Below are positions 48,242 through 61,833 of a DNA stretch of 64,000 bases, one piece after another (within the stretch, counting starts at the first letter, position 1; the number at the start of each line of letters is the position of its first letter). The notes beneath the pieces are model-generated. The model made no database searches. It saw nothing but the letters and a program-made list of their open reading frames with translations, and was not told the DNA's origin. The stretch lies in the NCBI GenBank assembly GCA_965235115.1, contig OZ249436.1, positions 41,356,001 to 41,420,000 of the forward strand. The letters run 5' to 3'. Origin of the DNA: Laetmonice hystrix. Lineage: Eukaryota. The translations under genes were made by a program, and so were the position numbers.

Positions 48242-48423
48242 CAGGGCTCAAAATTGCAAAACGCGACCACCTTTTAGAAAAACAGGGTCGCCACCTGACC
48301 ATTTTCGGAGTTAAAAGGGGGGTATCATTTAAGTTTAACCCCAAAAGATCGTCCTATGATCTCAAAATTGAAAGGTCGGGTAACCAGCTGGTTCAAAAAA
48401 TCTTTGGCCAATTTTGAGCACCG
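48242..48423. mobile_element. Old hAT-like MITE, 182 bp
   Basis: cagggctcaaaattg vs reverse complement of caattttgagcaccg (13/15). Flanks cagcatag/cagtgtcc match only partly. Confidence 0.4.
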
Positions 48424-48870
48424 CAGTGTCCGGCATGCATGCGTTCACAATTATCACTATCGTATCGTGAATTAACAGTCTTTGTTAAATATCGTTCGTA
48501 CCGCCCATGATGTAAATCCGTGGGGGCACAAAAGTTAAGAGTTCAAAATAATGAAAACTAGAATAAAAGTTAACGGGGAAGCAAAACTCAAATTGTGAAA
48601 TAAAGTTAAACGGCATCCGGTTTATTCCCTGCCCTGCGATAGGTAATCTAACTGTCCCTGAATAAACTCTTAATTTGAGATTTAAAGGGGTTCTTTCCAA
48701 CGCAAATGTATGCACTTATGTAAATGAGGTGCTGACCTCAATTAGCCTTCCCTCTCCCCTGCATGCGGTCAGCAGGAGCAGGGATGCTGGACCTGATAAA
48801 AATAGATATTGGTGTCGCAGTATCGTATGACCATTATGATGCCAGCGTGACCACTACTTGAACACGGATA

Positions 48871-49728
48871 TATCGGGTGGATAAAAAAAAACGCCCCGAA
48901 CTTTAAACCTTAATATTTCAATAACTTTGCATTATAATTCAATAAAATTTCTCTTAATATAACTTTATGGTATTATCTCTTGTATGTTAAAATTTCAGCT
49001 CAATAGGTTTGATATTAATCCCGTGGCGCTAAAAACAAAAATCAGTGTCTAAAAACACAATGCCGGAATTAGGTCAAATATCATGCAGCTGCCAGGTGTC
49101 CAATTTGACACCTGTTTGATGCACCGCATTGTACCTTGGGTAAAAAAGTTTTCAATATTTAGTTTTTGCATGTTTTACAATATGTAAAATGTTGTGAACC
49201 ACAAGATATAATAAATTATGTGCTATTCCTAGTACTTCTAGAGAAACCCAGATGTTTAATTTGCCAAACCCTATAGAGAAACTGCAACATTAGGACGATA
49301 TGACTGTAACCAGAAGTTTAAGGGAAATCGTATCATTATCACGTTTAGCAACACGTTCAGAACGCTGCTTATTTCCCAATAATGGGAAGATAATTCCCTA
49401 TCAGAGATCAGGAAGTGCATTGGCGCATGTAAAAAGAGACTGAGAGCAGTATGAAGTGAAAACGGGGGACCGATTGACCACCTACTCTAGTGTGAGGCCA
49501 GGGACTCTGGTGCGACTACCACTCGCTTTAGCCCGGCATTGCACTTTTGTACAATGATTTTGGTTTTTAGCGCTACGGAAATATTATCCTAGCTATTGAG
49601 TTGTAACATTAACAACTAAGAGACAACATCATGAAATGATAGTAAGAAACATTTCATTGAATTACAATCAATACTTTTTGAAATATTGGAGTTTAAAGTT
49701 CGGGGCGTTTTTTTTTATCCACCCTATA
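48871..49728. mobile_element. Tc1/mariner-like non-autonomous element, 858 bp, TA TSD
   Basis: ta|tatcgggtggataaaaaaaaacgccccgaactttaaac ... gtttaaagttcggggcgtttttttttatccaccctata|ta. Degenerate inverted similarity extends ~190 bp inward. Confidence 0.88.
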
Positions 49729-50035
49729 TAAGGTGACAATGACCGCAGACTAGGGTATCCATATATCCATAAAGCAATATACAGTGAAAGTTCCTCGAAA
49801 CTCCGATAGATTTCAAATCAGCAGCCTTATTAACAATGCGATGGCCATCGCCCTGTGGCTAAGTTATGGGCTCCTTAAATGACTCCATTGGTTCGGGATT
49901 AATGATGAAACCTAAACCGTATCATAGGCTAAAGTAGCAATCCCCCCCCCCCCATTCACCTTTAATTAATAGCGGGAATCAGGGGTACCGGCCATCATGA
50001 ACAAGGACGTTAGCACTCACTACTATATTCTCCCT

Positions 50036-50203
50036 TACATACAAACGTCAATCTACCGATAGCCGCCGACATGAACTCAATCTGTCAAGGCTCCCAGGTC
50101 TAACATGATGAACACTACCACCCACTACATACAGCTATACATACAGACGTCAATCTACCGATAGCCGCCGACATGAACTCAATCTGTTACGGCTCCCTGG
50201 TCT
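50036..50203. repeat. ~67-bp direct duplication, ~102-bp spacing
   Basis: tacataca.acgtcaatctaccgatagccgccgacatgaactcaatctgt...ggctccc.ggtcta occurs twice. Confidence 0.85.
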
Positions 50204-53200
50204 ATCTTACTGTACACAGTCGGCTTGCTCTAACAGACGTACTCAGTCTGTTCGATAACCACTTAAAAACTTTCGTAGATGGCATAATAGATACCACCAG
50301 CCCAGCCCCCCCCCCCCCCCGTCCTCGAGAAAAAAATCGGACTTCTGGCATATAATGGCATATAAAAAGGTGATATGTTGGAATATATGTGAAGAAGAAG
50401 ATGGAGAAGAGGATGCAGTTCTAAGAGGAAGGAGAAGGAACAAATACAAAGATTCTGTGTCTCCAGGCAAGGGTTGCTCTATTCCTCTTCCTATACCAGG
50501 ACTGCCTCCTCATCAGGGTTGTCCCTTTAGTAACGTAGCCGACTCGAGAGTAGTCCCAACCCGGCGCTGGTTCACCATTAATCCCTTAAATCATAGTTAT
50601 CCACGCCGGTGTGTGCCAGGGCCGTCGGACACCAAGGTCAACCTTCAAAGACTACGACTGACCTTACAGGCTGGACCATAATCATTTCTCAGGCCAGGTT
50701 CGACCGTTAATCCCTTCACAGACCCGCTATGATTATCCACCGTAAACCCTTCACAGACTGGGGTTGACCTTAATCTGTTCACACATCACGTTTATGGGTC
50801 GACATAATCCTGAAGAGATCAACCCTCTACCCACGGAAACAAATTCATCGTTATCCTACATTCGCCGCACTGTGAAATTTAACAAATACAAACAAGATAA
50901 TAGAGATCGCCACATATAAGAGAATTCAATCCAGATTTGGACCAAACATGTTGGTACGACTTCCCTGAAGGTACCACTATCGTGGCGTTGAACCCAGAGA
51001 CACTGGATTCCCTCCAAGATGTGCCTTGAATACTGATTGAACACGACGTTTAGTAAGTGTCATTTGGACAGTTTGTGTAGTCTGGTAGTACCATCTCGCA
51101 GCAGTAAATATCTGTGGCCGGGCAGCTTGACAATCAGCACAACTAACAAAATCACACATTTCTGAAGAAACATAAAACCAACCCTACAGATTCCATCTTC
51201 GTACCGAATCATATATTGCTTAGTCACACATTTCCACCACTTACACAAAAATTGTACCGTTACTACCTGAACTGAATATCAAAACAAGATGAGAACATGA
51301 CTTGTGTGTGGAAAACCTCCCGGAATGTTTTCCCGTCTACACCGGCCGCAAGGACTGATACGGTATCATAACTCCAAGTATTAACTCATGTATTCCCCTG
51401 AGTAAGGAGTTTACCAACTGAGCCGGCCGGGCATTTATTTCAGAACCAACGATATCGGTCCCTCTAATTATCCCTGTGAGACCTTAACGATGGATTGCGT
51501 GGGTTCACGGAATAATCCAACTGAACTGGCACATTTAGCTAATACATTCTGCATTCTGATCACTCTCTTCTCTCAAAGCAAGCACCGCAGGGTTTCAATC
51601 ATAGATGCAGGCAAGGTCTACTGGGAAACTAGGTCCACTGCCATGCCAGATTTGTATAACCTGATCCCATGTATGTTGTATCCAATTTGCAGCCTCCATG
51701 TGAGAGAACGGGAGGGATTTGGCCGACATTGATTCAGCCAATCAACTGAGCTGCAACAGGTTCATTTTCCTGGTGCACATGAGACCTCCACCTCGGGGTC
51801 GAAATCTGGGGGTCACAATCTGGTACGTACAGAAACTTTCCACCAGAAATCCCATTCATACCAGGTCATATAGAACCATTCTAGATGCAATAAGTTCTGT
51901 TAAAGTCCAATATTCATACGCTGTTTCTATGCTGTATCTTGTCTAGTATAGAGTTAGTTTTAGTAAGATAGAACGTAACAAGGGTGGCTAGAAAGGCTAC
52001 GCGTGAAATACGGGAAACTTTATACCATGGCCGTATATCACCCGATTCCGCGGTGTACAAGCACCGATCGTGATATAAATTTTATTTCCTCTTGTAAACG
52101 CGAATTATAGGGTTTCGACGGGCTTTCGTTTTCCTTTCTATTAAATGCTCTGCACTCCAAATATAGCAGCTGAAACGATCTAACTGCCGGCTTAGTGCAA
52201 ACATTCCTCCAGAGAAAGTGCAAGAAATATTCGTCAATACGAGTACTGTATCCATCCTGCCTAAGCAGATGTCTGCTGCATTTACCTGCCGCTTGTGTGA
52301 TTCATGAATACATAATGTATACCTTCCCGACGACCATGAGGCTTTATTCATCGACAGTGCCTTAATGCACCGGCATAATGTACACCCCGTAACCGTTGCC
52401 ACAATGTTATATAAGCAACAGATCCTGCTACTATTTCACATTTCCACATACTACTCACGCTCGCATTTAGTGAGCCCCCCCCCCTCCCCCCTTTAAGTTC
52501 TATATACACTACAGGGGCGTTTTTTAATGAGAAAAATAGAGTTCATCTAGTTTTGACATAGCGTTGAAACATACAACCTATAAAACCGCAAAGAACGGCC
52601 ATAGTTAAAAAACTCCCGACAGCCCAAACCCAACCAGCCGTTGAACACCCCTCTCCCAGTCCCCACCCCAAGTGAACCGCTTCGATATCACTGTGGCAAG
52701 AAGCAATGCATAAATTAGGAATTAGTCAACCTCCTAAAGCAAATTTATATCTAAGAAACGTCCATGGACACAGTCGATGATCTAGTAGGCCAGGCCAAAT
52801 GAAATATATATGTGTATGACGAATGTCATGTTGTAACTGTGCCATCACCTAACTTTTAGACGCCTTGGTCCCTCGACACATCTACACAACATCAGGTGAT
52901 CAACAGGCAAACTCAATGCATACCACCAGCGAACTTGTTCGGCCTGCAAATAAATGAACGCCTGCCAGAAACGTAACACCTGCAATTCATTCCAGCCTGC
53001 CGACCAATAACAATTCTACCTCTGGGCTGGTAGTGATGCAGCCAGCAATCCTCTTCGCCAATCTATCAGATTTAAGCGTGCTTGGCAGGTCTGATTCGGC
53101 CAAAGGTGCCTGCCAAATGGGCATCCTACCCCGAGGTGGACGCCTCGCTGGGCCCATGGACTCCCCGATCACAACCTCCTCGTCCTTACGTCCTATATAT

Positions 53201-55584
53201 ATTCAGATGAATAGCACCATATTGTAGCGGCAAACAGCCCAGGGCAAACACAATCTCGACTGGCCTTGGTCATGGGATTGCCACCTGGACTGGGTAGGTG
53301 TTGATAATCTGGCAGTTCCAGGGGTGCTGTATATCTATCATTCCAGAGGTGCCACCATTCCGAGGAACTTAGCGTGGAAGAAGAAATACGACACGCTCGT
53401 TCTCCACGCGCCCCCTTGGAGCGGCACCTCGGTATGACCAGCGTGCTTCTATAAAAAGGGGATGCATACTTGGGAAAGCAAGCTGAAGGGGGTGCGCGTC
53501 TAGGATTAAACAATGTTCACCTCCGTTTTTTTTATTGAGGGGACTGGCCATGAAAGTGTTGAATGGAGATTTCACATATAAATGCAACCAAGACAAGCTG
53601 TCATATAGGGTCTGGGTATTCTAACAAATCTGCAATGCTGATGTTGGAGAATGAAATTTAGTATTTCATGAAATTTAGCATTTTCATGTCTCAATTCTTC
53701 ATGTATTCATCAAGACGATTACGAGTAATATATGCAAAGGTTGGACAAGTGGTATCATTTGGTAGATAAAAATAGTATTTTTTCGAAAATCACGTGCTGG
53801 CAGCATGGTGATCGCATAAAGTCTACGGGAATACGGAATGTTATATTTGATTCCTGTACATTTATGGTGGTTGCAGGGTCAGTGACAGAGACGTGTTCAT
53901 ACCTGTACGACTACAAGTACGAAGGTGTAGGTTTTCCGAATTCCGGTATAAATTCTTGTAAGATATATTTACATGTATACCATGATGAAACTGAACTATA
54001 GTTACTATAGTTCAGGCAATTTGAACAAGAAACGATAGAAAATATTAGCTATACTGGGAGCTTCCTGCCGAGCTCTGTATACGCTACTATATTGTATATT
54101 TATATGCAAATTGCAAATGACATCAACTAATCTAGGTGGGACAGGTCTTAGCCAAATTGCCAAGTGACCTCTCAAATGAATGTGTCTGATCACAACGAAC
54201 GCAACCTCTGACTGAGCGTCCCCCTAACAAAATTTACATCTTCGGGGACAAGTTCATCTCGACATTGAAGTTTTTCTCCCTGTCTGGTTACGATAGGCAT
54301 CAGCATTGCATATTGAGTTTCGAAAAAACAATTTTGCTTCTTCCTTTGAGAATGTCTCCGACATCGTAAATAGCATGACCCATATGCCAAAAAATAATTA
54401 ACTGTACCAAAGTGGTTTAGGACAGCAGATTTCCCCGTTCGTATGTCCAATCTTAAGCCACGTATTTTTTCTTACCATTTTCATCCATCGTCTGCACATG
54501 GCTTGTCATATTTGCTTTCTTTTTTAGTCTACATATAAAAACTATACTATGTTCTCAACAGGAAGCCAATGTCTGGACTGGTAGGCTACTCGACCGGCTA
54601 GCAAGTGCCACACGGTTTACTGATTTTAAAACATGGATGCACAAATACTGAACACACAAACAGAAGTACGGAAGTGGATTTAAATACCTTATAAATATTT
54701 CAAAATGGTGAAGTTCATTTTGGTTTGTATTTGAGTACACTATTTTTAGAATATCTATCGGTACAACTGAGTTAATCAAAACAACAGTTTAAATTACTTT
54801 AGTGATGTAACTAGATCTTTCCTTACATGTATAATGTTTCCAGTGGTGCCGTCGAAAATCAAGTTATCTGCAACATGACATACCAGATCGAGTTCTACGA
54901 CTTCAATACTTTGACATCCGTACACAAATAAAGAAATACTTCACCTTACTTGAACCGGAAAAAAGACAGAGAGAGAAGAAAACCTAACACTTTTTTATTG
55001 AGGATTCTAAGCTAGTGGTGGAATTGATTCACTGTTTTCATAAGATGTCTGCAGGCCTCCTGTCAGCCCGAGTTATTAGCAGCTCAGGAAGCTCTCACTT
55101 GTCTTTACATGCCAACTTTGGTTCTGCCCCAGTCGATATTCTTACCACTGTAGTACTGCCGTCAGCTCAGATATATATCTACCCGTGGAGTACCTGTCAC
55201 CAACTGCCTGCCCCCTTCCCGATGACGTCTCAACATCCGAGCCTCACAGACCCTGACAGCTAGATCTGACAGCTAGTCAGCTACGATGACATGTAGTCGC
55301 CTCACAGCCGAGGCGCCCACTATAAAGACCCAGCACTCAATACGTGTGTATCCAGTTACAAGATAGTAATGATTACTTGACGATCAGGCGCTTCCTGGAG
55401 TGACATCTCCATACCACGTCAGATTCAATCATAAACAATAAACTCAGCAAAAAAATGTCACTGTCAGCGTCTATTCTCCTTGTCCAATTCATTAATAAAG
55501 TTCCACAAGACAAAATGATGAGAAAGGTACGAAAGCTCATATCGTTTTGTTGCCAATTGGTCAGGAAAGCAATTGCACTCGACT

Positions 55585-56736
55585 CAGGGCTTGCCAAATT
55601 TGATTGAACGGTGGTTGCCCGGTGGGCTACCAGTGATAACAACCTGGTTGCCCAACAATGACTGGTGGTTGCCCGGCACTGTTGGGCATGATTGAAAGAG
55701 TGGCATTTGGGGGGTACATTTTAAAAGGAAAATAGACAGGCATTTTTGTTTGTATGTGGAATTAATTTCTTCTCCAGTCAAACAGAAAGGCGAATCTCTC
55801 AAACAGTAAAGTCATTAAAGTTTCAAACAGTCAAGTCAGTGTTCGCCCTTAACTTTTTCAGCTGTCAGCCATCCGGGCTGATTGACCCCAGAATCTGTCA
55901 GCCCTGCTGAACTTTTGTCAGCCCTGATCATTCACAAGTCACCAAATCACCTTGGAGTAGCAGGGTGTCCTGAAGATTTTCGACTTTTTTTTGGGGGGGG
56001 GGGGATGGTGCGAGTTTGGGGGGGGAGAGTAATGCAAAATATTTCCTCCTGAATTTCTTTGGGGGGGGAGTAGCTGACAAAAAAGGGCCTGCAGGAAACC
56101 CTGGGGTGCGTTCCTCATCTATCGTTATCCTGTCGTGCATTAAAATCCCCATTGAAAATACATTGGAGTTAACGATACAAGCTAACGACATGATGAGGAA
56201 CCCCCCCCCCCTGAATAGTAGCGTCTACCTGTAGTGGCACCATTGACCATATTGACAACCCTGGCAGGCATGAATCCAGGATTTTTGTAAGGGGGTGAAG
56301 GAGATTTTTAAGGACAGGCATTCATCAAAACTAATCTGAAAATTCTTTCTTGATTAACAATGAACCAAAACGAACTTTACTGAGAGGTTCTGACATCGCC
56401 CTTACAAGGTCACATTAATGGTTCTTTAATTGGGTGGGGTGGGGTGGGGATTAGCCTTGGGAATGAGTCTGACCAGAGGAACATCACAAGTCAGCAGCAG
56501 GGCTGAAGAGGTGGGCAGGCGGTAGCGGTGACTGGTAGCTGGACACTTGTCACCGGGCCGGGCCGACTGTCGTGGACATGGTGGGTGGGTGGGTGGGTGG
56601 GTGGTGGGGCTGGCAGTGTCAGTGACTGCTTCTTACAGTCCAGTTGCCCGCCGGGCTTTACCTAGACAAGTGCTGGTAGCCCGACACTTGAAAGTGGTTG
56701 TCCCGGGCGTCCGGGCAGACGATTTGGCAAGCCCTG
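55585..56736. mobile_element. hAT-like non-autonomous element, 1152 bp
   Basis: Perfect TIR cagggcttgccaaat/atttggcaagccctg. Flanks ctc-gact/ctcggact are an 8-bp TSD with a 1-bp indel. ggttgccc/ggtagccc subterminal repeats at both ends. Confidence 0.85.
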
Positions 56737-56766
56737 CTCGGACTCATGATACACGCAGTGGCCATG

Positions 56767-59388
56767 CAGAGAACTAATTTCACATTACACGGGGCGGAGG
56801 CTGGCACTTACTCAGAGAACTAATTTCACATTACACGGGGCGGAGGCTGGCACTTACTCAGAGAACTAATTTCACATTACACGGGGCGGAGGCTGGCACT
56901 TACTCAGAGAACTAATTTCACATTACACGGGGCGGAGGCTGGCACTTACTCAGAGAACTAATTTCACATTACACGGGGCGGAGGCTGGCACTTACTCAGA
57001 GAACTAATTTCACATTACACGGGGCGGAGGCTGGCACTTACTCAGAGAACTAATTTCACATTACACGGGGCGGAGGCTGGCACTTACTCAGAGAACTAAT
57101 TTCACATTACACGGGGCGGAGGCTGGCACTTACTCAGAGAACTAATTTCACATTACACGGGGCGGAGGCTGGCACTTACTCAGAGAACTAATTTCACATT
57201 ACACGGGGCGGAGGCTGGCACTTACTCAGAGAACTAATTTCACATTACACGGGGCGGAGGCTGGCACTTACTCAGAGAACTAATTTCACATTACACGGGG
57301 CGGAGGCTGGCACTTACTCAGAGAACTAATTTCACATTACACGGGGCGGAGGCTGGCACTTACTCAGAGAACTAATTTCACATTACACGGGGCGGAGGCT
57401 GGCACTTACTCAGAGAACTAATTTCACATTACACGGGGCGGAGGCTGGCACTTACTCAGAGAACTAATTTCACATTACACGGGGCGGAGGCTGGCACTTA
57501 CTCAGAGAACTAATTTCACATTACACGGGGCGGAGGCTGGCACTTACTCAGAGAACTAATTTCACATTACACGGGGCGGAGGCTGGCACTTACTCAGAGA
57601 ACTAATTTCACATTACACGGGGCGGAGGCTGGCACTTACTCAGAGAACTAATTTCACATTACACGGGGCGGAGGCTGGCACTTACTCAGAGAACTAATTT
57701 CACATTACACGGGGCGGAGGCTGGCACTTACTCAGAGAACTAATTTCACATTACACGGGGCGGAGGCTGGCACTTACTCAGAGAACTAATTTCACATTAC
57801 ACGGGGCGGAGGCTGGCACTTACTCAGAGAACTAATTTCACATTACACGGGGCGGAGGCTGGCACTTACTCAGAGAACTAATTTCACATTACACGGGGCG
57901 GAGGCTGGCACTTACTCAGAGAACTAATTTCACATTACACGGGGCGGAGGCTGGCACTTACTCAGAGAACTAATTTCACATTACACGGGGCGGAGGCTGG
58001 CACTTACTCAGAGAACTAATTTCACATTACACGGGGCGGAGGCTGGCACTTACTCAGAGAACTAATTTCACATTACACGGGGCGGAGGCTGGCACTTACT
58101 CAGAGAACTAATTTCACATTACACGGGGCGGAGGCTGGCACTTACTCAGAGAACTAATTTCACATTACACGGGGCGGAGGCTGGCACTTACTCAGAGAAC
58201 TAATTTCACATTACACGGGGCGGAGGCTGGCACTTACTCAGAGAACTAATTTCACATTACACGGGGCGGAGGCTGGCACTTACTCAGAGAACTAATTTCA
58301 CATTACACGGGGCGGAGGCTGGCACTTACTCAGAGAACTAATTTCACATTACACGGGGCGGAGGCTGGCACTTACTCAGAGAACTAATTTCACATTACAC
58401 GGGGCGGAGGCTGGCACTTACTCAGAGAACTAATTTCACATTACACGGGGCGGAGGCTGGCACTTACTCAGAGAACTAATTTCACATTACACGGGGCGGA
58501 GGCTGGCACTTACTCAGAGAACTAATTTCACATTACACGGGGCGGAGGCTGGCACTTACTCAGAGAACTAATTTCACATTACACGGGGCGGAGGCTGGCA
58601 CTTACTCAGAGAACTAATTTCACATTACACGGGGCGGAGGCTGGCACTTACTCAGAGAACTAATTTCACATTACACGGGGCGGAGGCTGGCACTTACTCA
58701 GAGAACTAATTTCACATTACACGGGGCGGAGGCTGGCACTTACTCAGAGAACTAATTTCACATTACACGGGGCGGAGGCTGGCACTTACTCAGAGAACTA
58801 ATTTCACATTACACGGGGCGGAGGCTGGCACTTACTCAGAGAACTAATTTCACATTACACGGGGCGGAGGCTGGCACTTACTCAGAGAACTAATTTCACA
58901 TTACACGGGGCGGAGGCTGGCACTTACTCAGAGAACTAATTTCACATTACACGGGGCGGAGGCTGGCACTTACTCAGAGAACTAATTTCACATTACACGG
59001 GGCGGAGGCTGGCACTTACTCAGAGAACTAATTTCACATTACACGGGGCGGAGGCTGGCACTTACTCAGAGAACTAATTTCACATTACACGGGGCGGAGG
59101 CTGGCACTTACTCAGAGAACTAATTTCACATTACACGGGGCGGAGGCTGGCACTTACTCAGAGAACTAATTTCACATTACACGGGGCGGAGGCTGGCACT
59201 TACTCAGAGAACTAATTTCACATTACACGGGGCGGAGGCTGGCACTTACTCAGAGAACTAATTTCACATTACACGGGGCGGAGGCTGGCACTTACTCAGA
59301 GAACTAATTTCACATTACACGGGGCGGAGGCTGGCACTTACTCAGAGAACTAATTTCACATTACACGGGGCGGAGGCTGGCACTTACT
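56767..59388. repeat. Homogeneous minisatellite, 46-bp unit, ~57 copies
   Basis: Unit cagagaactaatttcacattacacggggcggaggctggcacttact. Lines 57001 and 58381 are identical (30 x 46). No variant unit seen. Confidence 0.99.
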
Positions 59389-61140
59389 TAGATAGAACAA
59401 ACATGGAACATAACGTTATCGTTATCTCACTCAAAACATTAGATATCAGTCCTTCCTAAAGGACATGCAAGCAATGTATTATACGATTACAGTTGTCATT
59501 CTCTCATCGTCTCCGCGTTGAGCAGATTTAAGATCTCCTACACCTGTACATGTCGAATGGCTACTCCGCAGTGTATTACAAGCCATTTATCAGTTGATCA
59601 TAAGCCAACAATCAACAGTTTTCCCCAAAAAATTCGCACTGGCAAAGCCACTCGGAATTGTTTGACCAGAGCCACTCAGAGGGTCCGAATGCCAATCCCA
59701 AAAGACTGGGCTCGCCAGTAACTTACGCCAATGTGAAATAGCAGCACATTCATCATGGTTGTGCATGGTCATCTAACTTCAGCAAACTTACTTCTGATAT
59801 AGGCACATATACAATCCTGCTTCCAGCTGACAGCATGGATTAACATGACATTTCCACATAAGACTACGTCCAATTTTGACTGATGAATCAGGCCTCTCAT
59901 GGGAAACGTGGAAGCGCAACGACAAAAGCCCATTTTATTTGTCTAAAACCGGTAAAAGAAGACTCAAGACGCCGATGGCATTCCCGGTAATTTGTCACGA
60001 AGCAGTTCTACTGTGCTGTCAGCTTCCTTCAAATTAACGGTACGCCCGGCTGAGATGGGATGGCTGGACAGGCAGAATGCTGGCCCCCAGGAAGGCAATT
60101 ACCCACGAGTCCGACAGAAACGTTCTTATCAAGAGTACCCTTGGAACTATTCTCCTTCTGACCATGTCTACCAAATTATTCCTTCTCAGAGAAAGTACAT
60201 CTATATCCACGTCTACTTCCTTCAATTCCATTCACTCATTTACTTACGAAATGACAATGAGTTATCAAAATGACACATGCTACCAGCATGATGTATAATA
60301 TTCGTTCTGTCATCAATTAAATTACCCGTAATCTGTTGGAAACCGGGCAAATGGAACCTAAGTATGGTCCATGAGTCGGTAAGTCGTCCATGAGTCGGTC
60401 AGGGCCGGGTTTAAGAGAGAATCTATGTCGTCCATAAGTCGATCAGGGTTGGGGTTTTTTTTCATTATTTTTAATTTTTTTCAATGATTCCGTTCTGATC
60501 TATATTTGGTGCCGCAGTATGGGTTGAGCTCATCCGAACCCCAAAGAATAGAGATATCTCTGCTATGTTCAGGAATGCAATCTGACTCTATACAGATTCA
60601 ACTAAAAATCTAGCGTCTGCAGCTCAGTATTTTCAACACTGGCTACATTTAACTATCAAGGCTACGATGCAGTGCATTGATTAACGGTATAATAACCTGC
60701 TTTCACTAAAGGAGGAATATGGTAGTCATGGAAACAGCCACAATGATGCCGTTTTTTAATTACTCCGGTCCATACAAGCCAGATACTACGAACAGAGCGT
60801 GGCACCTAATTAGGGGGTTAATCGAATTTGAGGAGCAAGTCATCTGAGGTAGAACTAGAAGTCCAGGATTTCTGATCACATTGTCGTTGAATAATGCCAC
60901 TAAATAATTCATCCCATGATCACCGGACATCAGGTCGTTTTACAAATCTGGATTTATAAATTAAATATTTATAAAAACAAAGGTAGGAACATTGTAGTAG
61001 TACTGGACATTGGAAGCAGTCGCTTCAAATATAACTGGAATAAATATAACCGGAATAGAGTCGTAATTAAAAGAGGGCGCTCAGATAGGGCGCATATTAT
61101 ACCTCCACCAAGGGGAGCAGGTGTGCAGGTTTTAAAACCA

Positions 61141-61833
61141 ACAACTGTTTTAAACTGACAACAGTTGTCAGTTTTGATTCAGGTCTAAACTTTAACTGAC
61201 ATATATTCTAGTGCTGGAATGATAATCACTAATTTGAACTGATTCAGGAGATGACAGCACCGAACAATAACTGCTCCTTGTGAAAGGCACTGTAGAAATA
61301 AATAAAGGTTCCACTTTCTCATTCCTTCATTAAAGGGACATTCTATAATTAAATGCACAAAACATAAAAAAAGAATGGGTGAAAGCCGTTGTCTTGGAGT
61401 AGGAATGGCATAACTTCCAACGTTCGGTGTCACTTGGGGCCACGCCCCCCTCTACAAAACTAGTGAGCGAAATTCACTTTGGGGCTGCCTGTGGCTTGAT
61501 TACAGGCCAAGCAACGCTATTTTCAGTGTAGGATAGGAATATTTATTCCGGACTTTTATTACTGTATAAGAAAAACGCAAAGTCAGTCGAAACACCCCCT
61601 TAACAATATTGTTCTTACAGGTTTTCCGAGTATTTTGTTAGATGCAACACACAAAACAACAAAATAAGCACTTCCAATATTTTTGGTTGTTGTAAGAAGC
61701 AATGTAGGCTGCCTTCCTGTCATGGAGAATCAGTTCAAATTAGTGATTTATCATTCATTAATTATCACAGTTTTTGTCAGTTTAGACCTGGCCACTGGAA
61801 CAGCTGACAACTGTTGTCAGTTAAACCAGTTGT
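61141..61833. mobile_element. Degenerate foldback element with ~115-bp inverted arms
   Basis: aactgacaacagttgtcag...caggtctaaact...aatcactaatttgaactgattc..atgacag (61141-61257) is mirrored at 61717-61833. Exact termini and TSD not resolved. Confidence 0.7.

Noticed and set aside
50856..51248. Three overlapping short minus-strand ORFs suggesting a frameshifted pseudogene
   Set aside because: No recognisable domain when joined; consistent with random ORFs.
55321..55380. TATA-like tataaag with ccagtt ~31 bp downstream
   Set aside because: The following ATG closes after 3 codons, and the motif alone is insufficient.
55961..56263. Possible nested CAGGG element within the hAT-like element
   Set aside because: TIR match is only a few bases and there is no TSD.
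59864..59911. Hammerhead-ribozyme-like GTC...CTGATGA...GAAAC
   Set aside because: Stem III can pair (ctacgt/acgtgg), but stems I and II cannot form in the required register.
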